Source of the DNA: a virus
Length of the DNA: 64,000 bases
Strand: one strand, 5' to 3'
Virus record (IMG/VR): IMGVR_UViG_3300027704_003324
Span: 32,001-96,000 of that record
The translations under genes and the position numbers were made by a program. Below, one piece after another: positions 46,839-57,209 of this stretch. Position 1 is the first letter of the stretch; each line of letters starts with the position of its first letter. The notes beneath the pieces are model-generated. The model was not told where the DNA came from, did no database searches, and worked only from the letters and a program-made list of their open reading frames with translations.

Positions 46839-47558
46839 GTTGATCCCAATAGGGACATCAACCTCCTCCCCTCGACCGTCTTCATCTATATTATAGAATT
46901 TGAAGTCTACATCAGGCTGAAGTCTTGTATATTCATTCCTTAATGCTCTAGCATCTTGAGCTAATAGACCTTGGTCTACAAACTGTCGAATAGTTCCTTG
47001 TTCTCTTTCTCCGTTTACTGAGGTAATCATGTACTTAAGTCTTGTTGACATTGTAGCACTACTCTCTTTATTGATCTTTTTTAACCCGGTAACTTCTCTT
47101 TCTATGTTAGTATCGTCTCCATGGGTTAATAATTTAAAAGTAACTTGGTTACCACTTTTTGGTAGTGAGAAGGTAAATTCATTCTCTCCCGGCTTGTAGT
47201 CATCAAGGTTGATATCTTTATCTTTCAACTCTGTTAAGTCAATCGTAACGTCTTTTCCCTCTATAGTAACGTCGTAATCCTTACCATACGATAAGATTCG
47301 TGCTGCTACCATAATTGCGTTCTTATCCCCGATTAATAATTCGTTATAAGGGAAATCTGTAACAATTAAGGATTTAAGTAATTTATCTATTACTACTCCT
47401 TTAGCGATATAATTTTGATTGGTTAAGATATCTTCTTCTTTAGCTGTCATATACTTCATCTCTATTGTTCCAGATGAAAGTGCATGGTCAGCAGGATAAA
47501 GTCGTCCTTTTGATGGTAAATCTACCTGTTCGGTAGGTATTGAAAATTTTGGTTCCAT
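46818..47558 (-). CDS. tail assembly chaperone / gp26-like protein (start probably MEPKF)
   Basis: LPSKG, MTAKEEDIL, ends INFFWPDA. Confidence 0.75.
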   Translation of the reverse strand: MEPKFSIPTEQVDLPSKGRLYPADHALSSGTIEMKYMTAKEEDILTNQNYIAKGVVIDKLLKSLIVTDFPYNELLIGDKNAIMVAARILSYGKDYDVTIEGKDVTIDLTELKDKDINLDDYKPGENEFTFSLPKSGNQVTFKLLTHGDDTNIEREVTGLKKINKESSATMSTRLKYMITSVNGEREQGTIRQFVDQGLLAQDARALRNEYTRLQPDVDFKFYNIDEDGRGEEVDVPIGINFFWPDA

Positions 47559-47630
47559 AAATTTTATTTGTTTGTAACTTATTCTACATATAAATATACG
47601 AAGAATATATTCTCTAGGCAACTTCTACAC

Positions 47631-47660
47631 AAAAAAAAAGCCCAACCTAAGTTGAGCTCT
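47631..47660 (-). terminator. intrinsic terminator after the tail tube gene
   Basis: AGCTCAAC-TTAG-GTTGGGCT followed by a long T-tract. Confidence 0.8.
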
Positions 47661-47679
47661 CTTGTATATAAAAAGATCC

Positions 47680-48165
47680 TTAGAAGTTTAGTACACAGTA
47701 ATCCATGTTAATAGTGATTCCTAAATCAACTACTGCATCAGAAGACCAGTCAAATTGACCGAAATCTCCATTGGTTACAAATGCGCCTTTAATTAACCAC
47801 TCTCCTACAATATCACCTACTGGTCCTAAGACGTTAAGAGTAATATCTTTTTTGTAGAAGTCTGAATAACCAGCTCTTCCTGTTACTGATTCGTATCCTA
47901 GTCTTGCCCATTCCATTACGGCTTGTGCTCCACTTGGAGTTATTGGGTCATATAGAGTCATAGTCATTTCTGCCCATTCTCTTTTCCCTCTAATCTTACG
48001 ATAAGAGTTCATATGATCTAATTTTACTACATTGTCTGTAAAAGTAGGTGCTTTTACATTTTTTATCATGAATGATGGAATACCATCTATAAGCATGATG
48101 AATCTGTTTTGGACTTTCGGTTCGAAAGCTCTGAACATTATTTCGTTAGGATCTAATACTGCCAT
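47680..48165 (-). CDS. tail tube protein (T4 gp19-like)
   Basis: FEPKVQNRF, GKREW, YKKDITL; follows the sheath gene. Confidence 0.88.
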   Translation of the reverse strand: MAVLDPNEIMFRAFEPKVQNRFIMLIDGIPSFMIKNVKAPTFTDNVVKLDHMNSYRKIRGKREWAEMTMTLYDPITPSGAQAVMEWARLGYESVTGRAGYSDFYKKDITLNVLGPVGDIVGEWLIKGAFVTNGDFGQFDWSSDAVVDLGITINMDYCVLNF

Positions 48166-48204
48166 GTTTGTTTATCTTTTATATAAATATTCTGTTATTA
48201 TAAA

Positions 48205-49947
48205 TTATGCTCCAAAAGTTGCTCCAGTAGGCATAATTACGAAATCTAGAGAAATAAATTCTGCTGTTTTAGCTGGTTGGATGAAAATCTGACCAATTAA
48301 TTGATTTCTGTCAATTACGTCTGCTGTGTTGTTAGTGTCGTCCATTACTACTCTAAAAGCATAAAGACCTTGTCTTTGTACTACTGATTCTAAGTAAGGA
48401 TTCACTGAGCTCAAGAAGCTATTTCTTGTTGCTATAGTATTTTGTTCGAATACTATATTTTTCGCTGCATCTCCTAAGAATTTCTTAAGATCAATTAGCA
48501 ATCGTCTAACATTTACTCTATCAAGAGCTGATTTCTTTTTCTGCAATGTTTTTTGACCGAATACTGATATTCCACTTCCAGGGAATGTAGCGATTGGGTT
48601 AACGTTAGCTGCATATAAAGTATCTCTTTGAGATCTAGTTAATTTTCTTTCTGCTTGGATTACATTAGGAATACCTCCTCTAGTAAGACCTGCTGGTGCA
48701 AACCATGGAGCTGCTGCATTGTCTGTAAATACATATACACCTGGTATAACAACACCTGCTGGTACAAATTCGTTTCTTCCTGTAGCTGAACCTACTTGCA
48801 ACCAAGGCCAGTAAGTAGCTGCATAAGAACTGTTAACTGTTCCTGCATTTCCTGCTGCATTAGAGACCATTGATCCGTAAGGACTTAAATCTACTACTGC
48901 GATATTGTCTCCTCTATTAGAAGATAAAGACATCATTGAATCTAACTGTACTTTGTGATCTCCGTAGCTATAAATAAGACCTGGAGCTGATACGATGTTA
49001 AATACGTACTCATCTTCGTTAGATAAGATTGAAATAGCATCTGCGTAATCTGCTGCATCTAATCCTTGAATGTTAGTAGCGTTTATTTCGCTAAACATTT
49101 TGTTAGGTCCGCTAGACTTCCATAAGTTTCCTGAAGCACCGTGGAAAGATCCAGATGATACAGCTGGAAGTGATCCAGAATAAGCTCCTGTTCTAATATT
49201 GATACCATCATTAGATAAATAATCTAAAGTTGCTCTGTCTACAGATGATACTCTAATGTATCTAGATCTGTTAACATAAGAACCAACTGATGCTAAGTAT
49301 ACTGAAGAACCATCGCTTGCTTTAGTCTTATATTGATCACCAATTACTTTAGCAATATATCCTTCTGAGTTAGGATCTAAACTTAAGTCATTAAATGATT
49401 CTAATATTGTTTTTTCTTTTGTACTATCATCTCCTCTACGAACTAGTAAAGAGAAAGTTCCGTTAGCCTTGCTTACGTTTCCGATTTCCCATCTTACATT
49501 GTCTGATGATCCAGATACTAAAGATCCATCACTGTTTTGTGATCCTGCATCTCCTGCTCCTGTAGAGTTATTGAATAAAGCTCCTTTTCCTAAAGATGTT
49601 AGTGTAAAAGGGGCTGCTCCTGCATCCGCTGCAGCTATTGTACTGTTACTAGCGCCAGAAAAACTTCCGTCTACTACTCTAGTAATTAATGCCGATGAAC
49701 CACCTTGTTCAAAGTAGGATTTAACAGCTATTGAAGTCAAAAATTCTGACTTAGCTGATCCTGATTGAAAAGTTGTTCCAAAAAGTCGTTGGTAAGCACC
49801 ATATGAGGTTACTACAGTTGGTTCTTCAACTGGTCCTAATACTGTTGGTCCTATAAAGGCTGCTCCAGCCGCTAAAGGTGATGGTGCAATAAATGATTTA
49901 TCCTGCTCGCGTGATAAAACACCTGGTGAGATTAAAGTTTCTGCCAT
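48205..49947 (-). CDS. tail sheath protein
   Basis: SPGV, PWFAPAG, GQKTLQ, NVRRL, AEFI. Confidence 0.95.
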   Translation of the reverse strand: MAETLISPGVLSREQDKSFIAPSPLAAGAAFIGPTVLGPVEEPTVVTSYGAYQRLFGTTFQSGSAKSEFLTSIAVKSYFEQGGSSALITRVVDGSFSGASNSTIAAADAGAAPFTLTSLGKGALFNNSTGAGDAGSQNSDGSLVSGSSDNVRWEIGNVSKANGTFSLLVRRGDDSTKEKTILESFNDLSLDPNSEGYIAKVIGDQYKTKASDGSSVYLASVGSYVNRSRYIRVSSVDRATLDYLSNDGINIRTGAYSGSLPAVSSGSFHGASGNLWKSSGPNKMFSEINATNIQGLDAADYADAISILSNEDEYVFNIVSAPGLIYSYGDHKVQLDSMMSLSSNRGDNIAVVDLSPYGSMVSNAAGNAGTVNSSYAATYWPWLQVGSATGRNEFVPAGVVIPGVYVFTDNAAAPWFAPAGLTRGGIPNVIQAERKLTRSQRDTLYAANVNPIATFPGSGISVFGQKTLQKKKSALDRVNVRRLLIDLKKFLGDAAKNIVFEQNTIATRNSFLSSVNPYLESVVQRQGLYAFRVVMDDTNNTADVIDRNQLIGQIFIQPAKTAEFISLDFVIMPTGATFGA

Positions 49948-50093
49948 GTTATCTTAAAATTAGATTATTCGTTCTATAATAAATATCGTTAGTAAATCGA
50001 AACAGTTTGATATAGTTGCTGTTCTATTAACATTTATAAATAGGAAAAGAGGTCCTAAAACCTCCCTTCTTTAAATAATATATAAGATCTTTT

Positions 50094-50369
50094 TTATTTT
50101 ACGGCTGTAAACTCTCCGGTTGTAGTATTAACTGTACCTTTACCGTACTTTTCTTCAAGGGCTTTTGCTAATGTAACTTCGCTCTCTTTTAATTGAACTA
50201 AGTAATTCTGTGCTCTTTCTTTACGTTCAGATAAACTTAACTCTGATAAGCTAATTTTACCGAACTCTACTACTACGGCTTCATTGTTACTTTGAATGCT
50301 CTTAAGTTGGTTTATTTCTTCCTCACTTAATTTTGTTGTAGTTACTTTTGTTGTTTCTTTTTTTGCCAT
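50094..50369 (-). CDS. small coiled-coil hypothetical protein
   Basis: 91 aa, LEEKYGKGTVN. Confidence 0.7.
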   Translation of the reverse strand: MAKKETTKVTTTKLSEEEINQLKSIQSNNEAVVVEFGKISLSELSLSERKERAQNYLVQLKESEVTLAKALEEKYGKGTVNTTTGEFTAVK

Positions 50370-50370
50370 T

Positions 50371-51003
50371 TTATATACAATTAGGAATTTTTAATGTTAA
50401 ATCTTGAATAAGTTTAATTTCTTGTTGTTTAATTAATTCTGTCCATAGAATACTTCCTTCATATTGATCTCCATACTTTTTAATTAGTACTTTATCTAGA
50501 GAGTAGATATTATCTATATACTTATTATACAATATACGAAAAAGTTTCTTAAAAACCAACGGATGTGCAGAAAAAAATCTTTCGTCTATAGTTTCATGCA
50601 GAATCCTACCAAATATACAGTCACTATATTTAACTCCTTTCAATAAAGGGTAAGTATGTCTGTATGCTTCATTATAGTATTGTTTGACATTACTATCGAA
50701 CGCTATACTGTCTATATCTAAATCTGGTTTACCTTTAATAATTAAATCATATTCTTCTAAGTCTTTGATTAAGTTAACTGCTCTGTATGTAGAATGTAGT
50801 ATTGAAAATTTTTTAGGTAGCTCTGAAAGATCTTGTACCTCTATGTTAGTATCCACTCCTCTAAGTTTACCTAGCCATCTTTTATTCTCTTTTGTGTTCC
50901 AAGTATGTATATATACGTCACAGTCATTATTATGTATAAACTCTACAATGTTATCTTGTAATTTTTCAATATGGCCTGATAAGATCAGGGCTATTTTACT
51001 CAT
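50371..51003 (-). CDS. hypothetical protein, glycosyltransferase-like
   Basis: KIALILSG, DVYIHTW, K.KPD. Confidence 0.45.
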   Translation of the reverse strand: MSKIALILSGHIEKLQDNIVEFIHNNDCDVYIHTWNTKENKRWLGKLRGVDTNIEVQDLSELPKKFSILHSTYRAVNLIKDLEEYDLIIKGKPDLDIDSIAFDSNVKQYYNEAYRHTYPLLKGVKYSDCIFGRILHETIDERFFSAHPLVFKKLFRILYNKYIDNIYSLDKVLIKKYGDQYEGSILWTELIKQQEIKLIQDLTLKIPNCI

Positions 51004-52088
51004 AATAGTGTTCTGGTACTTTTTGTACGGAATCTATCTAATACGAAATTATTAAATTTCTTAAGTAGTAAGGTCTTGATATTAAACTCTTCTACACCGT
51101 GCTTAGTCCAAGGAGAATCTAAATGGAATTTTTCGATATAGCTATTATCAAAATAATGTTCTTTGTTTAGTAGTTTAGCTGGTTTAATAGCAGTGATATG
51201 TTTAGTACACATAGGATGATGCTCAAAGTGGATTTCAGCTGGTTTACAATCATCAGAAGATAAGTACATATACGGTTCATGTAGCAGGTTAGGAAGATTG
51301 GTAAACCAATATTCTATCTGTTCTACATAGTTAATAATTAGAGGTACCTTTATTTCCGTTGTATCTATATTCCATTCTATACCTATCTGTAAACTAATTT
51401 CATAATGCTCAAGGGGATGTGGATGGTTATCCAAATTTGGTTCCGGTAAAGATCCGTCTCGATTAGGGTAACTACAGTAGACTGAAGGCCATTTTCTTTT
51501 GTCTTCTATTCTTCTCATTTCAATACTCTTATCTAGAAAATAGGGACTGTTGTAAAAGTTTTTTAGTTGAAAAAAAAGATCTGTCTCATTAACAATAGGA
51601 TCAAAATTACTAATACCAAAATTATGATCTACTGGTTCACCTAAAAAGGTTCCTATCCATGGTTCAAACATATGAATCATTTTCAGGTTAATCTTTTTTT
51701 GTTCTGATAATGCGATTGCACTCTTGATATAGCTTACTAATTCTAATGCAGATTGAAGGGGAGAATGCCCTTTAATTATTTCATCTGGTATTTCTTCTTG
51801 ACTAGACATAAGTCCATGTACTGAGTAGTCGCCTGCACTCTCTACTATTCTATCAAATCTACATAGGCTGCTCCATTGAATAATAACTGAATCTCCTTCT
51901 TTAATATCATGTTTTGTGATAGCATGTACAAACGTATTAAAAATAAATTGATTACCTCCGCCACATTTAGCGTAGTTATAACTCTCATCAAAAGTAGCTG
52001 CTAAGTAGTCTGCATATGTCGGCCATAGGTAATTTGTATAGCTACATCCGAATGCAAAAAATCTACTGTTTGAATCTTGTGTTTCCAT
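51000..52088 (-). CDS. SGNH-like protein
   Basis: FGCSYT, GGGN, QWS, DNHPHPLEH. Confidence 0.55.
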   Translation of the reverse strand: METQDSNSRFFAFGCSYTNYLWPTYADYLAATFDESYNYAKCGGGNQFIFNTFVHAITKHDIKEGDSVIIQWSSLCRFDRIVESAGDYSVHGLMSSQEEIPDEIIKGHSPLQSALELVSYIKSAIALSEQKKINLKMIHMFEPWIGTFLGEPVDHNFGISNFDPIVNETDLFFQLKNFYNSPYFLDKSIEMRRIEDKRKWPSVYCSYPNRDGSLPEPNLDNHPHPLEHYEISLQIGIEWNIDTTEIKVPLIINYVEQIEYWFTNLPNLLHEPYMYLSSDDCKPAEIHFEHHPMCTKHITAIKPAKLLNKEHYFDNSYIEKFHLDSPWTKHGVEEFNIKTLLLKKFNNFVLDRFRTKSTRTLL

Positions 52089-53241
52089 AATGTATTACTT
52101 TGATATCTTTATTAGTAGAATAAGATCTCCATGGGTCAACTATAACAGATCCTTCCGGAAAGTCGTAATCATGATGTTTCCCCATATGTCCTAAAAGGTA
52201 CACTGCTTTGTAAGGTTTTGTAGGGTCGTACTCTACTTTATATTTCGAACCATAAGAAGATTCACAGAAATGTCCTGTAAGTATTGATGTTGATCCATCC
52301 TCGTAGTTTACATCTGGTTTATATGCTTTGCCTAATATAACGATAGGTAAGTTTACTTTATTAGATTCTATTACTAATCGTTGTGCTAAGTTCTTAGCTT
52401 GTTTCTCTCTAGCATTCATTATAGCATCAAATAGATCGTAACCTACATCTAACTTTTCAGCCATATACCGTAAAGCAATATTATCTCTTGGATGACATCC
52501 TCCACCGTCTCCCATTCCTGCTTTCATATAAGCCGGACCTAGTATCCTTTGAGTTGATCTTTCTAATGCTCCTGTAATAACGTCTACATTAATATTACCT
52601 GATTTCTCAGCAACGTCCTGTATCATATTAACTAAGGCTACTTTAGTAGAGATAAAGGTATTGTAGAATATCTTTATACCTTCTGCTTCGTCCCAAGTAC
52701 CTAATTCATATCTAGTGCCTTCAGTAATAAACGTTTCGTAAAATTCCAATAGTAATTTAGCATCTCCTGTTGTAGAACCGTCTTCTGTTCCTATAATAAT
52801 CATTTCCGGATTAACCATGTCCCATTTTACTGTTCCCATTGCTATTAAGTAGGGGTTATAAATAAACCTTCCATTAGGTATTAAGTCAATAAATTCTCTA
52901 CGGATTGTACCTGGTAGAACTGTTGATATTAATACTATGAGTTGGTCTTTAGAGACGTATTTGTTTGTTTCTTCGAGTACCTCTTTAACTATGTTATAAT
53001 TAAAATCTTTATTAGGTAAATGAGCAGTAGGGTATCTACCGTCATAGTCTGGGTGATGAGGTGTTGGAACAGCGATAAAAATTATTTCTCTTCCTTTGCA
53101 GGCTTCTTCTATTGAAGCTACCATTTTAAAATTTTCTGGCTCTATGTTGCTAACGTCGTAACCAACTATATCATGCTTTTCAGCCATAACTTCAGCTGCC
53201 TCTTTTCCGAGCTTGCCTACTCCTATAAATCCTATTTTCAT
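52063..53241 (-). CDS. ugd: UDP-glucose/GDP-mannose dehydrogenase
   Basis: GVGKLG, AVPTP, STVLPGT, GGGCHPRD, AYKP. Confidence 0.9.
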   Translation of the reverse strand: MKIGFIGVGKLGKEAAEVMAEKHDIVGYDVSNIEPENFKMVASIEEACKGREIIFIAVPTPHHPDYDGRYPTAHLPNKDFNYNIVKEVLEETNKYVSKDQLIVLISTVLPGTIRREFIDLIPNGRFIYNPYLIAMGTVKWDMVNPEMIIIGTEDGSTTGDAKLLLEFYETFITEGTRYELGTWDEAEGIKIFYNTFISTKVALVNMIQDVAEKSGNINVDVITGALERSTQRILGPAYMKAGMGDGGGCHPRDNIALRYMAEKLDVGYDLFDAIMNAREKQAKNLAQRLVIESNKVNLPIVILGKAYKPDVNYEDGSTSILTGHFCESSYGSKYKVEYDPTKPYKAVYLLGHMGKHHDYDFPEGSVIVDPWRSYSTNKDIKVIHYGNTRFKQ

Positions 53242-53300
53242 AAACTTCTTTTATCTATTATTAATATATGATATAAATATCAATTTTACAACTTTAGTTA

Positions 53301-54446
53301 TTATTCTTTTATTATTGCGTTATCGATTGTCCCGAACTTTAAATCTAACATATCCCAATCATTATCATGTTTACCGTACTGTTTTACTAATCGTTTAAGA
53401 ATTTCAGGAATGAATTTATGTTCTTTTAAAATTCTTTGGTAATTTTTTCTATTTCTTATTACCTTTTCTTCTGTAAGCTTTTTAATTTCATTAAAGTTAT
53501 TAAAGTTATCTGAGTACAGGTATTTATCGTTAAGATTTTTTAGTTGAGCAGAGATTCCGTTTATCCTTCGTGAATATGGAGAATAAGCATCAAAAGTGTA
53601 ATCAAATAATTCGTCATAAAGTTCAAAACCGTATGTTGTTAACATTTTATTAATATGTCTTCCTCCTGCTATAACAAAAGGAACTGCCCAATTAATAGCA
53701 TTAAAAGTTTTTTCTGTCCAAAAAATTCCATCTGGTTGGGATTCACTTATAATATGAATAGCCCCTTTCCATATCTCTTCTGGTGGAGAAGTTGAATATT
53801 GATTTACACTACCTTTAAATTTATCTCCGGGAAATGAATATACCTTATTGTTATCTTCCCAGTGTTTAAATTTATATTCTCCTTCTGTAGTATCTCTATC
53901 GTTATGCCAGGTGTAGTGTAGAGCATTATCCAGTAAAGAATCTTTAGCAAAAGTATCCATAAGTTCCATTCTATGATTATGTGCTCTGTTTATCATACAG
54001 GTACCTATCTTGTTTGGAACTATATTAGTACCTAATCTTGGGTTCAAAATATTACTTTCATTATCTCTATGGTATAGTAAACTGCCGTATAACCAGAACA
54101 TAGGCCAGTAATGTGTAGTTGTATTTTCAACAGGTATAGGTTTAGGTACTATTTGCCCTCTACTTCCGTATACAATGTGAAGCTGTATATCTCTATCAAT
54201 CAAAAGTTTTTCCATCTCCCTAATTGAATTTAAATCTGCATCTTCTGCAAATCTAGGTTGGCTAGGATCTGTTTTGATATCGCTCCAGTTAAACTCCCAT
54301 TCTTCAGCATTAAAAAATAGTATTTCTTTAACAGAGCTCCTATTGTGTTTAATTGAATTATAAATAGTGTCAAACAACGTACCTGATGTATATAACTTAT
54401 TGTCTTGCCATTGTCTGAGTATTAAGAGTCCATTAATGTTTTTCAT
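53301..54446 (-). CDS. putative glycosyltransferase (GT10/GT-B-like C-terminus)
   Basis: IISES...TEKTFNAI...PF, GFELYDELFDY. Confidence 0.5.
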   Translation of the reverse strand: MKNINGLLILRQWQDNKLYTSGTLFDTIYNSIKHNRSSVKEILFFNAEEWEFNWSDIKTDPSQPRFAEDADLNSIREMEKLLIDRDIQLHIVYGSRGQIVPKPIPVENTTTHYWPMFWLYGSLLYHRDNESNILNPRLGTNIVPNKIGTCMINRAHNHRMELMDTFAKDSLLDNALHYTWHNDRDTTEGEYKFKHWEDNNKVYSFPGDKFKGSVNQYSTSPPEEIWKGAIHIISESQPDGIFWTEKTFNAINWAVPFVIAGGRHINKMLTTYGFELYDELFDYTFDAYSPYSRRINGISAQLKNLNDKYLYSDNFNNFNEIKKLTEEKVIRNRKNYQRILKEHKFIPEILKRLVKQYGKHDNDWDMLDLKFGTIDNAIIKE

Positions 54447-55015
54447 AAAGTAGCGTATAAAGAATTTAGTATTTCTGTTGATGCACTATAGTCTTTAATC
54501 TCATAGTAAAGAGAAGTATATTCTTTGCTTTGTAGGTATTGTCTATCTACTCTACCTCCAAATAGTACTGCTACTCTATTATTATGTATATTAACTTCAT
54601 TACTCCATTTGTTAATTAAATCATACATTAAATGGTTATTTTTCACATAAGTTACTTCTTTAGTTAAATCTAGTACTAATTTACATCTTCCGTCTCTGAT
54701 GTCTTGTAGTACTTTCTCGGATATAACTTTAAATCCGCTATTAATATTATTATAGAAGTAGGTGGGAGTTAGTACTTTTATTACATATAAATGTTTACTA
54801 TCTACTATGTCCTTTATTTCTATATACTCTTGTGACTTTAAATCCGTAAGTAAATCAGAAGAACGGGTTCCATATCTAAAATAATCTTTCGGCAAAGTAT
54901 GAAGCATAGTCATTTTATTGGATTCTTTTAGATTCCAGGTTTCAGATGTACCATTAGGCCTATTGAAGCCTAAAAGTGTATCGTACGATTCTATACTAAA
55001 TTTAATTTTATCCAT
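54443..55015 (-). CDS. hypothetical protein, similar to the N-terminal half of the neighbouring GT-like gene
   Basis: HLYVIKVLTPTYF..GFKVISEKVLQDI..GRCKLV parallels HIYLVNVFNPEFF..GFDLM...KRCKVV. Confidence 0.55.
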   Translation of the reverse strand: MDKIKFSIESYDTLLGFNRPNGTSETWNLKESNKMTMLHTLPKDYFRYGTRSSDLLTDLKSQEYIEIKDIVDSKHLYVIKVLTPTYFYNNINSGFKVISEKVLQDIRDGRCKLVLDLTKEVTYVKNNHLMYDLINKWSNEVNIHNNRVAVLFGGRVDRQYLQSKEYTSLYYEIKDYSASTEILNSLYATL

Positions 55016-56313
55016 TATAACAAAGGAGTATTAACTGCTTTTAACTGGTTTATAAGGCAATGCTGCGGTTCATAGTCTTCTCCATGTCCCCAGTTTAGTC
55101 TAATTTTGTATTCAAAATGACTTCTATTATGTGCAAGTATTTCTTGCATGTCTTTTCTCATCTCATGTAACTCAAGAGTCGACAGTAGTGAGAGTTTTTT
55201 TAATTCTTTAGCAATATGTTCTGATCTATTAGTCCAATCTTCAAACTGATCATATTCTTCATTAAACCATTTACTAAACGTTTTATACCCTTCACATTTT
55301 AAATATTGAAGAGTACCTACAGAACCTAACACAAAAAATGGATGTCCCATAATAATAGGTTTCCATATTTTTTCAGATACAAATAATGTCCCTTTATTAA
55401 CTAATGTTTCTGTTATTACTGAGCAAAATGTAGACTCGTAATCTTGTATTTCTATATTACATGCTAAGTTAAAAAAAGTATTTTTATTATCTATTTGCAA
55501 AGGTAGTTGTTTTGCTACTTCTCTCCAATCTCTATCATAGACTCCATGTTGCCTTATAGGATTAGAGTGGTGTGCATCTACAGGTTTACCTAAACTTGCT
55601 CTTCCTCTATCTAAAATACCGTACTCTTGTAGTTTAGCTATGAAATGTAAACGTGAAGGTCTAGGTGCTCTATTATAGGTAAGAAAAAGTTGTTTATTAT
55701 CTACAGGTTTAAACTTACTTACGGGGTTTACTACTTCATTTTTATTCCAAGCACTAAATGCTTCATAGTGGTGTACTCTAATGCCGTTGTTTCTAACTTT
55801 AATGTGTTCACTAGCAATAGCATTACCTGTAATAAAATGAACACTGTTTTTAGGAAAACCTGCTTTTATTCTCCAATTTTCTACTATTTCAATATCGTTA
55901 TTACCCTCCATTTGAGAATACCCTTCAAATACATACCAGATAACAACTTTGCATCTCTTTTCTATGACATCCTTCTTAAACCTTTCATGCATTAAATCGA
56001 AACCTATATCAATATTAAGTTTGAAGAATTCTGGGTTGAATACGTTAACTAGGTATATGTGTTTTTCGTTATGCTCTAATGTTTCGCTATCTTTCCAAAT
56101 AATCTCTTCTGAATAAAATGTATGAGGGTAAGCATCGTTGTTAAGCTTACCGTGATCAAAAAATTCTCCTGTTTCACCAAATATGTTCCATGTACCTAAA
56201 GTATAAGGTATGTGAAATTTACCTGTTTCTTTCATATACCATGAAGGAGACGATAGATTTGGTCTAGGTCCTTTATATATAGAATCGTAATTTTCTCTAG
56301 ATAATGTTATCAT
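55015..56313 (-). CDS. putative glycosyltransferase (GT10/GT-B-like)
   Basis: YNRAPRPSR, VITET, SEKIWKPI..GHPF, GYKTF. Confidence 0.5.
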   Translation of the reverse strand: MITLSRENYDSIYKGPRPNLSSPSWYMKETGKFHIPYTLGTWNIFGETGEFFDHGKLNNDAYPHTFYSEEIIWKDSETLEHNEKHIYLVNVFNPEFFKLNIDIGFDLMHERFKKDVIEKRCKVVIWYVFEGYSQMEGNNDIEIVENWRIKAGFPKNSVHFITGNAIASEHIKVRNNGIRVHHYEAFSAWNKNEVVNPVSKFKPVDNKQLFLTYNRAPRPSRLHFIAKLQEYGILDRGRASLGKPVDAHHSNPIRQHGVYDRDWREVAKQLPLQIDNKNTFFNLACNIEIQDYESTFCSVITETLVNKGTLFVSEKIWKPIIMGHPFFVLGSVGTLQYLKCEGYKTFSKWFNEEYDQFEDWTNRSEHIAKELKKLSLLSTLELHEMRKDMQEILAHNRSHFEYKIRLNWGHGEDYEPQHCLINQLKAVNTPLL

Positions 56314-57203
56314 ACGTACTCTTTCTTTACTAAGTATTCATATACTATTTTTGCCAGTACTTTGTGTCCGTATTTAGTCGGATGAGAACAAGGAGTCCAG
56401 TATTTATTTTCTTTACCTATATATTGTCCATACCAAGCATAATTACGTTTCTTTCTTAACTTTGGTTGTTTATTAAGGATAAGGAGTTGATCTATTAACT
56501 GTATGTCTTCTTCTCCGTACATCCAATTATTAAAATCTATCTGATCTATAATCTTGCTTTGTCTATTTTGGTCGTCCTCAGTTGTATCGGACATAATATT
56601 TTTAATCATTAAGCTTTTATAGCCCAGGTCTTCCATTTGATTAATAACTACTAAGTTTGCGTTATTGAGCTTACACCAGTTCTGCAGTTCAACTAAAGTA
56701 GAAATGAATTCTAAAGTAGTAGATTTATCATTAAATATTGCTGTTCCATATCCTATCCATAAGTCTTTATGCCCTAATCTATCTTTGTCATCGAAATCCG
56801 GATCTTGAGGCCAAATAGTTTCAAATAGATTACCTGAGGCTAGGTTTGTATCTGGAGCTATAAATTCATATCTACAAAACTGAGTAAAGGAAAATACAAT
56901 GGTTATCTCAGAAGCTAAAGTAGCATCAAATTGAGGAGAAAATGTAGTTAGTTTTTTCACAGCATTACGGTTACCTTTGCCTCTATTACCTAGATTTATT
57001 ATATTATAATCTTTTAAATGATTTTTCTTTAGTTGACTGGGCCATGAGTTGTTTCTCTCCATTTCAGTAAAGGTATTAATTACGCTTTGCTTAGTAGGTT
57101 CCATCCATTCTAATGTTTCCCAGATACCGTCATCATAGGCACCTTGTCCTTCAGTAAATGAATCTCCTATAGCGATAATAACTTTATCTCCTCTCTTAAT
57201 CAT
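56310..57203 (-). CDS. SGNH-like protein
   Basis: IGDSFTEGQG, GKGN, HPTKYGH. Confidence 0.6.
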   Translation of the reverse strand: MIKRGDKVIIAIGDSFTEGQGAYDDGIWETLEWMEPTKQSVINTFTEMERNNSWPSQLKKNHLKDYNIINLGNRGKGNRNAVKKLTTFSPQFDATLASEITIVFSFTQFCRYEFIAPDTNLASGNLFETIWPQDPDFDDKDRLGHKDLWIGYGTAIFNDKSTTLEFISTLVELQNWCKLNNANLVVINQMEDLGYKSLMIKNIMSDTTEDDQNRQSKIIDQIDFNNWMYGEEDIQLIDQLLILNKQPKLRKKRNYAWYGQYIGKENKYWTPCSHPTKYGHKVLAKIVYEYLVKKEYV

Positions 57204-57209
57204 CTTTAT

